A stretch of DNA of 64,000 nt from Chloroflexota bacterium (GCA_965208315.1 OZ242329.1:1920082-1984081); one strand, 5' to 3'; shown: positions 39,351 to 49,681, numbered from the stretch's first letter. Numbers and translations: made by a program. Notes: a model not told the origin generated them from the sequence alone.

Positions 39351-39482
39351 TGTCATCTCAACCGATCGCCGCCGAGCGTCACCCCCTATGCGAACCTCCT
39401 TCCACACAGAAAGCCGCTGAACGTATAAGATGGAAAGAAGGACCTACTCGGGGCAAATCCTGATAGGGAGTGGAAGAGTTCA

Positions 39483-40121
39483 ATGAAGAACATCCTGCTG
39501 CTTGGCGGCGCAAACCCTGCGCATAAGCCGCGGGACGTCGCCGCGTACGTCGCGGACTACCTGGAAGAACCCGGCGGCGTGAAGGTGGTAATCACCGAAG
39601 ACACCGGCATCCTCGAGTCTGCCGCCGTTGACGCCTATGATGCGTTCCTGCTCTATCTCAACACCCAGGAAGAGCGCTGGCCCCAGAGCAGAGAAGCGGC
39701 GTTTCGCGAGGTGTTAGCGCGGGGCAAAGGACTCCTCGTGCTGCATGCGGGCGTCTTGAGCTTTCGCGGCTGGGAAGACTATACGCAGCTTATTGGCGGC
39801 TGGCCCACGCCGGACTTCTACCATCCGCCATACGGCCCATTCTCCGTGCACATCGATGATTCAACCCACCCCATCACTGAACGCATGGTGGACTTTGCCG
39901 TGCGCGATGAACTTTACGCCAACGTGCAGTTGACGCCGCAGGCGCGACTCCTCGCTCATGCCAAACTAAACGGGCAAGCGCAGCCGCTCTTGTGGGTCGT
40001 AGACCACCCTCAGACCCGCGTGTGCACGCTGCTCTTGGGACATGATAGGGCCGCCCTCCAGTATCCAGGCGCAGCCACGCTCTTACGGCGCGGCGTTACC
40101 TGGGTCGCCGGCGAGTTGTGA
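39483..40121 (+). CDS. ThuA-like / class-I glutamine-amidotransferase-like fold protein
   Basis: Size of about 212 aa and the ILLLGG...VLHAG pattern. Assignment is weak. Confidence 0.4.
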   Translation: MKNILLLGGANPAHKPRDVAAYVADYLEEPGGVKVVITEDTGILESAAVDAYDAFLLYLNTQEERWPQSREAAFREVLARGKGLLVLHAGVLSFRGWEDYTQLIGGWPTPDFYHPPYGPFSVHIDDSTHPITERMVDFAVRDELYANVQLTPQARLLAHAKLNGQAQPLLWVVDHPQTRVCTLLLGHDRAALQYPGAATLLRRGVTWVAGEL

Positions 40122-40167
40122 TTGTGGAGATAGCCCCGCGCCCTCAGGTGAAGGTTAAACGGTAACG

Positions 40168-42561
40168 GTGACAACCTTAGGGTACATTCTGCTGTGGTGG
40201 CTTGCGGTGCAAGCCATTACCATCGTGACTCTCCCGCTGACCTGGCTGCTCTTCCGGCATATGCCCTTGGCCGGGTATCCTTTCGCCAAGACGTTCGGCA
40301 TCCTGCTCTTTGGCTTCGTCGGCTGGCTGCTGATGTCCCTGCGGATACTGCCGAACACCCTATGGGCACTGATTGTCGTGCTCATCCTCCTCGGCGCACT
40401 CTCGGCGGTCACTGTGCGGCACTTTCGCTGGCGCTTGAAAGACATACGGGAAGCCGTGGGGCATCAAATCTATGTCGTTGAAGTCCTCTTCTTGGTTCTA
40501 CTGACCGCCTATGCGGTGCTGCGCCAGTACGCGCCGGAACTCATGGGCACCGAGAAGTTCATGGACTTCATGATGGTGAATAGCATTCTCCAGTCGTCGT
40601 CCCTGCCTCCCCACGACGCTTGGGCCGCGGGCCTCACCATCAACTACTACTATTTCGGCTACCTGATGGTGGCGTTTCTTACACGACTCACCACAATTCC
40701 CTCAGGAATCACGTATAATCTGGCGCTGGCGCTCTTCTTCGCTCTGAGTGGATTGGGAGCCTACGGCATCGGCTACAGCCTGGTCAAGCGCTTCCAAGCC
40801 GCAGGCGGCATTGTCGAGCCGCGCAGAGGAACGCTCACGGGTCTCTTTGCCGTGTTCCTGCTCCTCTTCATCGGCAACCTCTTTACCATCTGGAAAGCCC
40901 TGACCGAGCCCGAAATCCTGCGCCAGGGTTTCTGGTTCGGCGTTGGCTGGAACGCCACACGGGTGATACAACGCGTCGAAGGCGATACGCTGCTCGATTA
41001 CACAATTAATGAATTCCCCGCCTTTAGCTTCATCTTGGGCGACATGCACCCGCACGTCATGGCGCTGCCCTTTGCCCTGTTGGCGATCTTCACCGCCCTC
41101 ACCTGGTACGCGAAACCTGACTACCCGCCCATACCTCCGTCATTCCCGCGAAAGCGGGAATCCATCTTGACGATACTTACCGTCCCAAGAGTCAGTCGTA
41201 TCGTCTTCAGCGCCGTCATCTTCGGCGGTCTCTACTTCTTGAATTCATGGGACTTTCCAACGTACTTCATACTGCTGACGGTATTTGTGCTGCTCTCGCT
41301 TCGGGTTCATGATACGTGGCAACAGTGGAAGGACGCGCTCATTTGGTTAGGTGCTACGGGCGTGCTGGCTCTTCTGCTCTACGCGCCGTTCTATCTGACA
41401 TTCGATCCTCCCACCCAGGGTATCGGCCTGGTGCCCTACCGGACGGATCTCGGCCAATTCTTCACTGCGTTCGGCATCTTCCTGGTGCCGTTGGGAGTGC
41501 TCCTGACGATAGTCGGCATTCAGACCTCGCTGCGCCACGTCGTCCCGGAGACAGCCGAGCCGCAGAGCCAAACGCGGGGACGCAAGGCGCGACAACAACA
41601 ACGCCGCGCGGACGGAGGTTCCGCCCAACCCGCCACCGCCGAACCTGAATCCAAGGAACGCCGGAAGTCCTATCAGCTCTACGTGGTTTGGATTCTCGTT
41701 TGTTGGGTCGTCGTGACGCTGTTGCTCGCACGGCTCTTTGACACTGCGGCCTTGGCAATCATCGCGCTAAGCCTCGTCGTGGGCATTGGCATCCTGCTGT
41801 GGCGGCGAGACTACAGCGAGCCGCTACCGCTGGTGCTCGGTGTCGTGGGCTTGGTGGCGTTTCTCGTCTTCGCCAGCGAGATATTTTATGTAAAGGATTT
41901 CTACGGCCCGCCAAATATGCGCATGAACACCGTCTTCAAGCTGTATTTCCAAATCTGGACGCTCCTTGCGCCGGTGATGGCCTTCGCGATCTACTACGCG
42001 AGGATTTGGCTGCGGCAGAGGCAGCGTCCGCTTAGCTGGGTGTTTCGTGTCATCACCATTCTGCTCGTGCTCAGCGGTTTCTATTACAGTGCTCTGACCG
42101 CGCCCATCTTTGCCTCGTTCCAGCGCGAGCCGCCGACCCTGGACGGCACCAAGTTCTACGCCCGCGACCATGCCGACGAGGTCGCCGCTATCGCCTGGTT
42201 GCAGGAGAACGCCGCGTCGGATAGCGTGGTAGTAGAGGCTTCAGGCCAGGAGTACAGTCTCTATAGCCGGGTAGCGGCCTTTACGGGCCTGCAGACGGTA
42301 CTCGGCTGGCGCCAGCACGAACAGCTCTGGCGCAATGACTTTAGGCTGGTGCTTGAACGTGAAAACGACCTCCAGCAGTTCTACGTGAACGCGGGGCGAG
42401 AAGACGCAAATGCCCTGTTGCGCAAGTATGACGCTGACTATATCTTCATAGGGGACTGGGAACGCCAGCTCTACGGCCAGGACGTAGACCACCTCCTCGA
42501 CTGGTTCCCTGTCGTATTTCAGAGCGGAAACGTATACGTGTTGAAAGCCAATGCCAGTTAA
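40168..42561 (+). CDS. Chlor_Arch_YYY-domain (TIGR03662 / DUF2298-like) polytopic membrane protein
   Basis: More than 12 predicted TM helices. The diagnostic LTINYYYFGYLMVAFLTRLT (YYY motif) is present. Typically paired with TIGR03663, as it is here. Confidence 0.65.
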   Translation: MTTLGYILLWWLAVQAITIVTLPLTWLLFRHMPLAGYPFAKTFGILLFGFVGWLLMSLRILPNTLWALIVVLILLGALSAVTVRHFRWRLKDIREAVGHQIYVVEVLFLVLLTAYAVLRQYAPELMGTEKFMDFMMVNSILQSSSLPPHDAWAAGLTINYYYFGYLMVAFLTRLTTIPSGITYNLALALFFALSGLGAYGIGYSLVKRFQAAGGIVEPRRGTLTGLFAVFLLLFIGNLFTIWKALTEPEILRQGFWFGVGWNATRVIQRVEGDTLLDYTINEFPAFSFILGDMHPHVMALPFALLAIFTALTWYAKPDYPPIPPSFPRKRESILTILTVPRVSRIVFSAVIFGGLYFLNSWDFPTYFILLTVFVLLSLRVHDTWQQWKDALIWLGATGVLALLLYAPFYLTFDPPTQGIGLVPYRTDLGQFFTAFGIFLVPLGVLLTIVGIQTSLRHVVPETAEPQSQTRGRKARQQQRRADGGSAQPATAEPESKERRKSYQLYVVWILVCWVVVTLLLARLFDTAALAIIALSLVVGIGILLWRRDYSEPLPLVLGVVGLVAFLVFASEIFYVKDFYGPPNMRMNTVFKLYFQIWTLLAPVMAFAIYYARIWLRQRQRPLSWVFRVITILLVLSGFYYSALTAPIFASFQREPPTLDGTKFYARDHADEVAAIAWLQENAASDSVVVEASGQEYSLYSRVAAFTGLQTVLGWRQHEQLWRNDFRLVLERENDLQQFYVNAGREDANALLRKYDADYIFIGDWERQLYGQDVDHLLDWFPVVFQSGNVYVLKANAS
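41139..41162. repeat. Family D hairpin (GTCATTCCCGCGAAAGCGGGAATC) embedded in-frame inside the CDS 40168-42561
   Basis: Identical to the intergenic copy at 16108. Translated as ...PPSFPRKRESILT... in a predicted loop between TM helices. Confidence 0.85.
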
Positions 42562-44332
42562 GAAAGCAGCCCCGCCCGCGGCGCAGCCCAGGTCGAGGAA
42601 GTCGCGCTCGCGCCGGACACCCCCACCCCCGGAAGAGCCGGTATCCGCCAATTGGCCGGCCATAGCTGCCTGGTTGCGCGCCGAGACACCCTTCGGGCTC
42701 TCCCGCTGGCAACTGCTTGTCTTCCTCGCCGTGCTCGCGTTCGTTGCCTTCACACGTTTCTGGGACCTGGGCACGCGCGCGCTGCACCACGACGAAAGCA
42801 TGCATGCCCGCTTTGCCTGGGATATCTACCGTTCGTTCGACTATCGCTACAATCCCCTGCTGCACGGCCCGTTCCAGTTCTACTTCACCGCATTCATGTT
42901 CTTTCTCTTTGGCGTCAGCGACGCGGTAGCGCGCTTTGGGCCGGCGCTGTTCGGCGTGGTGTCCGTACTACTGGTCTATCCCCTGAAGCCTTACCTGGGG
43001 CGGAATGGCATGGTGTTGGCGGCCATTCTCATGGGCATTTCGCCGCCACTGCTCTATTTCGCGCGGTTCGCGCGCAACGACATCTACGTGGTGGCGTGGA
43101 CAATGCTCATCGTGCTGGCGCTCTTTGGGTGGTTGCATACAAGACAGCGCGCGTACATCTACATAGGCACGATAGCCGTCGCGCTCTCTCTGGCAACCAA
43201 GGAGAATACCTACATCACTTTGGCGATTGCGGGGTCATTCATCATCATTCGGTTCTTGCAGGAGCAATTCACGCCAGGGCTGGCGGCACGACTGCCCAGC
43301 CATGAGTCGGTGAAGAGCGCGCTCGCCGATCTGTGGAACGATTGGCGGCTTCTCATTGCCGGCATAGTGGCGTTCCTCTTGGTCTTCGTGACCTTCTTTA
43401 CCGCCTTCTACACCCATCCCCAAGACTTCGCCAGCGGCGTCGTCAAGGCGCTGGAGTACTGGCTGGCCCAGCAGGAAGTGGGCCGAGGCAATCAACCGAT
43501 CTGGTACTACTTTATGCTGCTGCCGCTCTACGAACTCATTGTGGCGGTATTCGTGCTGCCGGCGCTGTGGTTTCTCGCGCGGCGGGGCAGCCTGACGGAT
43601 CGCTTTCTCTGCTACTGGTTCGTCGGCGCGGTCGTGCTGTATTCCCTGGCCGGTGAACGCATGCCCTGGCTCGTGCTCCACCTCTCGCTGCCGGGCATTC
43701 TCCTGGTATCGCGGTTTCTGGGACAGAAATTCGCTGAGCCGAATGGTCTACGCCGCCATCGCATTGCACTGACGCTCTTTCTCTTGATCGGCGTCTATGC
43801 GCTGCACACCGTTATGCCGCTGGCATACGCGCACGGTGACACGCCAAAAGACATGCTCGTCTACGTGCAGACAACGCCGGACGTGCCCTACGTCGTCGCA
43901 CAAATCGAGCAGATATCGCGCAAGCTAACTACCGAGACGGAATTGGTCGGCCTCATCGACAATGAGGATTCCTGGCCGTTCGCGTGGTATCTCCGCGACT
44001 ACACGAGAGTCGGCTACATATCCAAGATTGGCGATCCGGGCGAGGCGGCCTTTGTGATCGTCACGGCCAGCGAGGTCGAAAACGCAAGGGAAAACCTCAG
44101 CAACTATGTGCCGTTCCGCTACAAACTGCGGTGGTGGTTCCCGGAAGCGCTCTACAAAGAACTGCGTCCCTCATTCTTGCTCGACTTTGTGATCAATTCT
44201 CAGACCCGCGGCAACTTTACGGCATGGCTGGTGAGCCGCAAAATGCCGAAACCCGTCGACTCGCAGGAATTCCGTTTCGGCTCTCAGGACTTTTACTTCT
44301 TCGTGCGCGGCGATCTCGTTCACCTGCTCTAG
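42551..44332 (+). CDS. TIGR03663-like polytopic membrane protein (GT39/ArnT/PMT-like putative glycosyltransferase), partner of the YYY protein
   Basis: Pro/Arg-rich N-terminal tail followed by about 11 TM helices with an early conserved HHDESMHA luminal motif. Start overlaps the upstream gene by 11 nt. Confidence 0.5.
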   Translation: MPVKKAAPPAAQPRSRKSRSRRTPPPPEEPVSANWPAIAAWLRAETPFGLSRWQLLVFLAVLAFVAFTRFWDLGTRALHHDESMHARFAWDIYRSFDYRYNPLLHGPFQFYFTAFMFFLFGVSDAVARFGPALFGVVSVLLVYPLKPYLGRNGMVLAAILMGISPPLLYFARFARNDIYVVAWTMLIVLALFGWLHTRQRAYIYIGTIAVALSLATKENTYITLAIAGSFIIIRFLQEQFTPGLAARLPSHESVKSALADLWNDWRLLIAGIVAFLLVFVTFFTAFYTHPQDFASGVVKALEYWLAQQEVGRGNQPIWYYFMLLPLYELIVAVFVLPALWFLARRGSLTDRFLCYWFVGAVVLYSLAGERMPWLVLHLSLPGILLVSRFLGQKFAEPNGLRRHRIALTLFLLIGVYALHTVMPLAYAHGDTPKDMLVYVQTTPDVPYVVAQIEQISRKLTTETELVGLIDNEDSWPFAWYLRDYTRVGYISKIGDPGEAAFVIVTASEVENARENLSNYVPFRYKLRWWFPEALYKELRPSFLLDFVINSQTRGNFTAWLVSRKMPKPVDSQEFRFGSQDFYFFVRGDLVHLL

Positions 44333-44575
44333 CCACTTCCGGTAGCGCTTTTCTTAGCCCGGTGGGAGTTGCAATCCAACGCGGCAAGACAAATAAGGAG
44401 AGCGAGGGCCTGTTTTCATTGCCTGCACGAAACCGTGGCAGGACTTGCACTGATCTCTGAACAGCCGTAAATCGCCGCCAGTACATCACTTCTTCGCAAA
44501 ACCCCTGGTTCCCGCCTCGATTTCTCCGTCCCAGCCGGCTCCCTTTACTCCCCCACCAGTCCCACGCTTGGCTCT

Positions 44576-44603
44576 CTGGTAGCGCAGGTTTGCAACCTGC
44601 GCC
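44576..44603. repeat. Hairpin repeat family E copy
   Basis: TGGTAGCGCAGGTTTGCAACCTGCGCCC. Confidence 0.8.
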
Positions 44604-44744
44604 CGTTTTGGCTACGAGCGGGCCACCTATGAAGCCACAGGTCATGGCGCGATCGAAGAGGCTTGCAATCTAATCCGATTGGAATGCCGTAGAAACTTCG
44701 CGCATCAGGCAGTGGGATCGCGCAGAGAGTATCTTGCTCCCGCC

Positions 44745-45311
44745 CTAGGATTCCGTCCCTTGGCTGGTGCCCGCCGTGAAGCGCCAACGGAAGGAAAGCA
44801 CGGCCGAACCGCCGAGCATGAGTACGCCCAAAACCGCGCCGACGACTGGGGCCAATATGGCAAGCAGGCCGGTGATCAACGCGGCACTGTCTAAAGTGAG
44901 GCTCGCGAGAAAGTAACCCATTCCTGCCATTCGTTCGGCAAGTTGACGCCGCATGGCAACGCGAAGGACGTGACTGCAAAGCGCGATGACCACGGCTACC
45001 GCCAGCCACAGCCACACGCTGGCAGCGGCAGCGTCAAGCAAACTGAGCACGATTGCCGCGGCGCAGAACGGACGCGTGACTGCGCTCACCATCGCCTCGT
45101 AGCGTCCCCAGCGTGGATGCTTGTCAGCAAACACCTGTGCGCCGGCAAGCACGAAGAGCACGCCAATGACGGCAGTATGGGACAAGAACGTCAGCGGAGT
45201 CTGCAATGATACCTCTACGTCCTCGGAGCGGGCCAGTACCGCCAAGAGAAACAGGGCAGCATACGGGTTTTGCCCGGCGGCAAATGTGAGGCCGAGCGCA
45301 GTCCAGGGCAT
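44745..45311 (-). CDS. DUF4126-like integral membrane protein
   Basis: Four to five TM helices. N-terminus LGLTFAAGQNPYAALFLLAVLA is typical of DUF4126. Confidence 0.5.
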   Translation of the reverse strand: MPWTALGLTFAAGQNPYAALFLLAVLARSEDVEVSLQTPLTFLSHTAVIGVLFVLAGAQVFADKHPRWGRYEAMVSAVTRPFCAAAIVLSLLDAAAASVWLWLAVAVVIALCSHVLRVAMRRQLAERMAGMGYFLASLTLDSAALITGLLAILAPVVGAVLGVLMLGGSAVLSFRWRFTAGTSQGTES

Positions 45312-45315
45312 GGTT

Positions 45316-45993
45316 CTAATACTCCTTCGTATCGTGTATCGTTGCCTGCATTGTGCTCCACAACCCGCGCACAGTCGATTTTAGGTCGGCAAGTGTCCCG
45401 ACGTTGTCTATTCTCGTGACCGGGGAAAGAGGGCCGCGCTTCTGCCGCAGTCGGGCGACCTTATCCTCAACCGATGGCTGCATGTCCAGGCGTCGTTGCG
45501 ATTCTGCGGGAGACATCCCTTTGGCACTTAGTCTTTCACGCTGCGATTCCGATGTTGCAACCACGACCCACACAGCGTCGAGCATCATTACAAGATCGCT
45601 CTCTATCAGCTTGATGGCCTCGATGGCGCAGGGAATGTGCGCAGGGGTCCGATCGAGTTCCTGCCGCACCGCTGTCACGACAGCGGGGTGTACAATCAGC
45701 TCGAGCTTCTCCAGAGCGGCGGCGTCATTGAATACTACTCTGCCAAGGGCGGCGCGATCAAGCGACCCATCTTGCGCCAAGACTTCTCCACCGAACTCAG
45801 CGGCGACAGCTTGCACCAACAGGCTGTCGGAGTCACGGTAGAGATCATGCACGACCTGATCGGCGTCGACCACGTGCACACCCAATTCGGCAAGGAACTT
45901 CGCCACAGTGCTCTTGCCGGTGCCGATATTTCCCGTAATGCCGACCACAGGCGCTTCCCGCCGCCTGCCCGCACCTTGCAGGCCGTCTGACAT
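45316..45993 (-). CDS. coaE: Dephospho-CoA kinase
   Basis: VVGITGNIGTGKSTVAKFL P-loop and overall CoaE collinearity. ATG at 45993 is preceded by AAGGAGAA 8 nt upstream. The longer ORF-track start is rejected. Confidence 0.85.
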   Translation of the reverse strand: MSDGLQGAGRRREAPVVGITGNIGTGKSTVAKFLAELGVHVVDADQVVHDLYRDSDSLLVQAVAAEFGGEVLAQDGSLDRAALGRVVFNDAAALEKLELIVHPAVVTAVRQELDRTPAHIPCAIEAIKLIESDLVMMLDAVWVVVATSESQRERLSAKGMSPAESQRRLDMQPSVEDKVARLRQKRGPLSPVTRIDNVGTLADLKSTVRGLWSTMQATIHDTKEY

Positions 45994-46050
45994 CGGAATG
46001 TTCTCCTTAACCACGCTATCTCCGTACCGTTGCGTCCTCACTGCCGCGTG

Positions 46051-47373
46051 TCAGCTTGGCTCACCGCGACGAAATAGCGCAAGGTTTTCGATGTGGTAGG
46101 TCTGCGGAAAGAAGTCAAAGAGCTCCAGTCGTTCCACGCGGTATCCTTCTTCCTGCAGAAGCCCCGCGTCTCGCGCTAGGGTGGAAGGCTCGCACGAGAG
46201 GTAGACGATACGGCTCGGCGCGCTGCCGGCCACCGCGCGGAGCACACGCGGGTCCATGCCGGTGCGCGGCGGGTCAACCACGGCGATGTCCACCTGCGGC
46301 AACTCCTCCGTCACCTTTTCCGCAGGCAGGTCCCAGAAGTTGATGTTCCGCAGCCCCCAATTCTCCGCCGTTTGCCGCGCGGCCGCGATGGCTTGCTGGT
46401 CTACCTCAATGCCGATGACGTGTCCCGAATCCTCGGCCATAAAGAGGCCGAATATCCCGACGCCGCAGTAGAGGTCGAGCACGGTCTCATCTGACCGGAT
46501 CGCCGCCAGTGCCCGCATGCGCGCTATGGCAGTGGGCAACATTTCCACGCTCGCCTGAAAGAATGCTCCAGGCGGGAACTGGATGGTCTTGCCCATGAGT
46601 TCAATGCCCACCAGAGCCCCTCCGGCGAATGGCTCCACGCGACCACTTGGCGTGCGATACGAGATACTCACCGCCTCCGGGATGGTGGCAAGGGCTTCCA
46701 GAACGGCGCCAAGCTCCGGTTCCGCCTCCAGGTCAACATTGCGGACGCCTTCAAGAATCAGCGCCAGCTTTGCACCGCTATCCTGCGGAATGACGCGCGT
46801 TTCCACCCAGTTTCTTCCCCACAGATCCGGGATCCTGCCGTCGCGGATCATTGCATTAAGTGTCGCTAGCAGCTTGGAGATGAGCGGGTGACTAATGGCG
46901 CAATGCTCGATCTCGACGACGCGACGGCTGCCACGCTGCCGGAAGCCCGCTTCGCGTGAGAGCGCGATCTCGCAGCCATAACGGTACTCCCATGGCAATT
47001 GCGGCGTATGCACGGCGTCGATGCCGACGGCTTGCTTGCCGATCCGCGCAAAGTGCTCTTCCACGACCTGCTGCTTGAGGCGTTTTTGCGCGGCATATTC
47101 GATGTGCTGCCACTGACAGCCGCCGCATGCGCCATAGTATTGGCAGAACGGGTCCGTGCGGTCAGGCGAAGCTTCGAGCACCTCAACGACGCGTGCATGC
47201 AAGAATTTCTTGCGCCGGCGCTCCAGTTGCACCTTGACTCGCTCACCGGGAATCCCGTAGAACGCGAAAACCACCTGCCCATCGATGCGGCCCACTGCAG
47301 GGCCGCGATGCGCCATGCCGGTGAGCGTCAATTCCACCGGTTCACTTTCTCGCAGCTTACGACCGCGACTCAT
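46051..47373 (-). CDS. rlmD: 23S rRNA (uracil-C5)-methyltransferase RlmD/RumA family (TRAM + 4Fe-4S + SAM MTase)
   Basis: TRAM-like N-terminus followed by the CQYYGACGGCQWQH cysteine cluster and a class-I MTase C-terminal fold. Confidence 0.8.
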   Translation of the reverse strand: MSRGRKLRESEPVELTLTGMAHRGPAVGRIDGQVVFAFYGIPGERVKVQLERRRKKFLHARVVEVLEASPDRTDPFCQYYGACGGCQWQHIEYAAQKRLKQQVVEEHFARIGKQAVGIDAVHTPQLPWEYRYGCEIALSREAGFRQRGSRRVVEIEHCAISHPLISKLLATLNAMIRDGRIPDLWGRNWVETRVIPQDSGAKLALILEGVRNVDLEAEPELGAVLEALATIPEAVSISYRTPSGRVEPFAGGALVGIELMGKTIQFPPGAFFQASVEMLPTAIARMRALAAIRSDETVLDLYCGVGIFGLFMAEDSGHVIGIEVDQQAIAAARQTAENWGLRNINFWDLPAEKVTEELPQVDIAVVDPPRTGMDPRVLRAVAGSAPSRIVYLSCEPSTLARDAGLLQEEGYRVERLELFDFFPQTYHIENLALFRRGEPS

Positions 47374-47671
47374 TACTTCCTTCTTTCATGTACCCTCTCT
47401 GACGGCCACATGCGATCCGTGAGTTGGCGAACACTTGCCGGGCAAGACACGAGCGCCACCGGTTGTCCGGTTTTGCTACCAAGGAGAGACGTGCCAAGCC
47501 TATCACCAGGGCCTCTACAGAATTAAACCAAAGAAACCGGAATCACTGCAATGAGCAGGTTGGGACGTCAGCAGCGCCATATCCAAGTCATAGGGTGCGC
47601 TATACTGAATTCCAAACTAGTAGGCTTGGAGGCGCAGGATGGCATGGAAGCAGAACGAAGCGGCGGACGTG

Positions 47672-48001
47672 ATGGACGCGCCCGCCTTCCACGAAGGGGA
47701 TGGTAGGATCACGCGCCGGAGGTTCTTCCGGGAAACCACGCGGCTGCCCGTCCGCATCGAGGTATGGGAACTGCTGCCGGGCGCGAGTGAAGGCTCCCAT
47801 ATCCACGAAGGCGACGACGTGCTGGAGGAGTTCTACTACTTCATCGAGGGTCAGGGCGTCATGTGGATGAACGGAGAAGAAGTGCCGGTCCGGGCGGGTG
47901 ACGCCGTCATGGCTCCTCCCGGGGTTGACCACGGTTTCCGCAACACCGGCGACGAGACGCTGAAGTTGTTCATCGTCTGGGGCGAGCCTACTGAAGAGTA
48001 G
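47672..48001 (+). CDS. Cupin-domain protein
   Basis: HIHEGDDVLEEFYYFIEGQG...PPGVDHGFRNTG are the two-motif cupin signatures. Confidence 0.65.
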   Translation: MDAPAFHEGDGRITRRRFFRETTRLPVRIEVWELLPGASEGSHIHEGDDVLEEFYYFIEGQGVMWMNGEEVPVRAGDAVMAPPGVDHGFRNTGDETLKLFIVWGEPTEE

Positions 48002-48074
48002 CAGATCGGAGCAGGGCACCATCCGGTAAGCGTGACATCCATCGGCTCCTGTTCTTAGACCTCGCTTCCACGCT

Positions 48075-49319
48075 TCAGAGTGCTTCAGCCTCAATCCGCA
48101 GCAGCGCTTCAACCGTCCAACCAAGCAGCCATGCCAGGTTTTCCGGTGGGTGCGGCGTGGTCCTGCCCGTAATCTTACGGTAGCCGCCCTGGTCGATAAA
48201 CTCTTCCGTCGCGTTGGCGAGCAGCCATTCGCTTGCCAGCGCCACCTTGGGACCCAGCCGCTCAGCAAAGGCCTCATCCACCCAGCCCACCGCGCGAATG
48301 TGATCGTAGGCCAAGAGTGCCGCCGCGGTCATGCCCAGCCAGTGATCGTCCTGGGTGTGCATGCCGACCGCGCCATCGGGAAACTGGCAAGAGAACTGCC
48401 ATTCAACCGAGCGCGTGCAGCGATCGCGCATCACTGCTGTACGTGGATGCCCGTCCGGCAGCCACCCGTGTAGCCGCGTGAGAAACTCCACCGCGCCCCG
48501 CGCGGAGAAACCCCAGCCGGTCTCATCCATGCGCACGCTGGGAAAGTGCTCTGCGGCAATCTCCGTGGGCCAAGGCCCCATGCACCACGTGCCCAATGAC
48601 TCAACGAAAGCCCCGTCCGGCGAACCCGGTTCATGGCGACGAAGGTAGTAATCGGCCAACCGCACCGCTGACGCCAGCACGTCGTCCCGGCGCGTCCGCT
48701 CATAGTAGTGCACCAACCCCATACCGACCCATCGCAAATCGTCGGTGAATGCACCATCGGTAACAGACGGGTCCTGGCTATCGGAAGGCGGGTAGCCAAT
48801 GTTGTAGGCATGACCCCGATCGGTGCGATGCTGCTGCAGGTAATCAAACAGCGAATCAGCCCGGGCATCGAAGCAAGTTTCGTTAGGATTGTGTGAATAG
48901 AATTCCCCGTAACACCATAGACCGACGCCCTGCATCCAGGAACGGCTGAAGAGGTTGTTCACGGTCCGCGGATCGCCAACGCTGGTTGGGTCCCGCTCCA
49001 TCCGCTGGCTCAGCCGCAGATTGCGCTGCCGGTCCGCCACCGGCGGCACGGGATCGCGCATGAAGCTGAATGAAAAAACAGCGTAGCGGTCAGCCGCCTC
49101 TTTGTAGCGTACTTCATTGGTCCGCTCATACAGCCGGTAGAGGGCCTGAGCCAGGTACGGCGGCGAATGCGCGTGCGTCGGGCCGAAGTCGCTGCTAGTC
49201 GTGACGAAGGGACATTTCTCCGGGTCGGGACGCCCGATTGTGCCCTGCCAGGCGACAAAGCGGTCGCCAATCGAACGTGCAATGGTAAGTGGGTCCCGCA
49301 TCGTTGTAGCCTTTCTCAA
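48075..49319 (-). CDS. Hypothetical protein, possibly an (alpha/alpha)6-barrel glycoside-hydrolase-like protein
   Basis: 414 aa and Trp/Tyr-rich, with repeated helix-pair character. No diagnostic motif recognised. Confidence 0.3.
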   Translation of the reverse strand: MRKATTMRDPLTIARSIGDRFVAWQGTIGRPDPEKCPFVTTSSDFGPTHAHSPPYLAQALYRLYERTNEVRYKEAADRYAVFSFSFMRDPVPPVADRQRNLRLSQRMERDPTSVGDPRTVNNLFSRSWMQGVGLWCYGEFYSHNPNETCFDARADSLFDYLQQHRTDRGHAYNIGYPPSDSQDPSVTDGAFTDDLRWVGMGLVHYYERTRRDDVLASAVRLADYYLRRHEPGSPDGAFVESLGTWCMGPWPTEIAAEHFPSVRMDETGWGFSARGAVEFLTRLHGWLPDGHPRTAVMRDRCTRSVEWQFSCQFPDGAVGMHTQDDHWLGMTAAALLAYDHIRAVGWVDEAFAERLGPKVALASEWLLANATEEFIDQGGYRKITGRTTPHPPENLAWLLGWTVEALLRIEAEAL

Positions 49320-49681
49320 TGGATTGCCCCCTCTTGGGGACAGCCTTCATTCAGCTTGCGCACAAACGTCTAGACCTCGTCGAAATCGTATCGGGGGCTT
49401 ACGGTAGATCACATTTACCCAAAGAATCGTCCCCATAAGCCAATGAAGCCGGACGGGGGGCAGTGTTTGACCCCACTTGCACCGAAGGCCATCATTCTTC
49501 GCACTCTGCTTGTCCAGACTCCCGCTTCTGCGCCCGGCGCCACTCTGCACCTCTGCCATGTATTGTAATGTAAGCGATCGATGCGTTTAAATCCGCCACG
49601 CTATTAAGCCTTTGCTCATTGTAATTATCTATAGTGAGTTCAAGGCCCTAGTGTTCGTTTGCAGTTCGCCATTCCCAGCCA

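Noticed and set aside
44560-44610. Possible tRNA-Ala gene, suggested by the anticodon-arm-like hairpin of family E.
   Set aside because: No acceptor stem, D-arm or T-arm (GGTTCGAATCC-like) sequence is present in the flanks, and the same unit recurs at non-tRNA loci.
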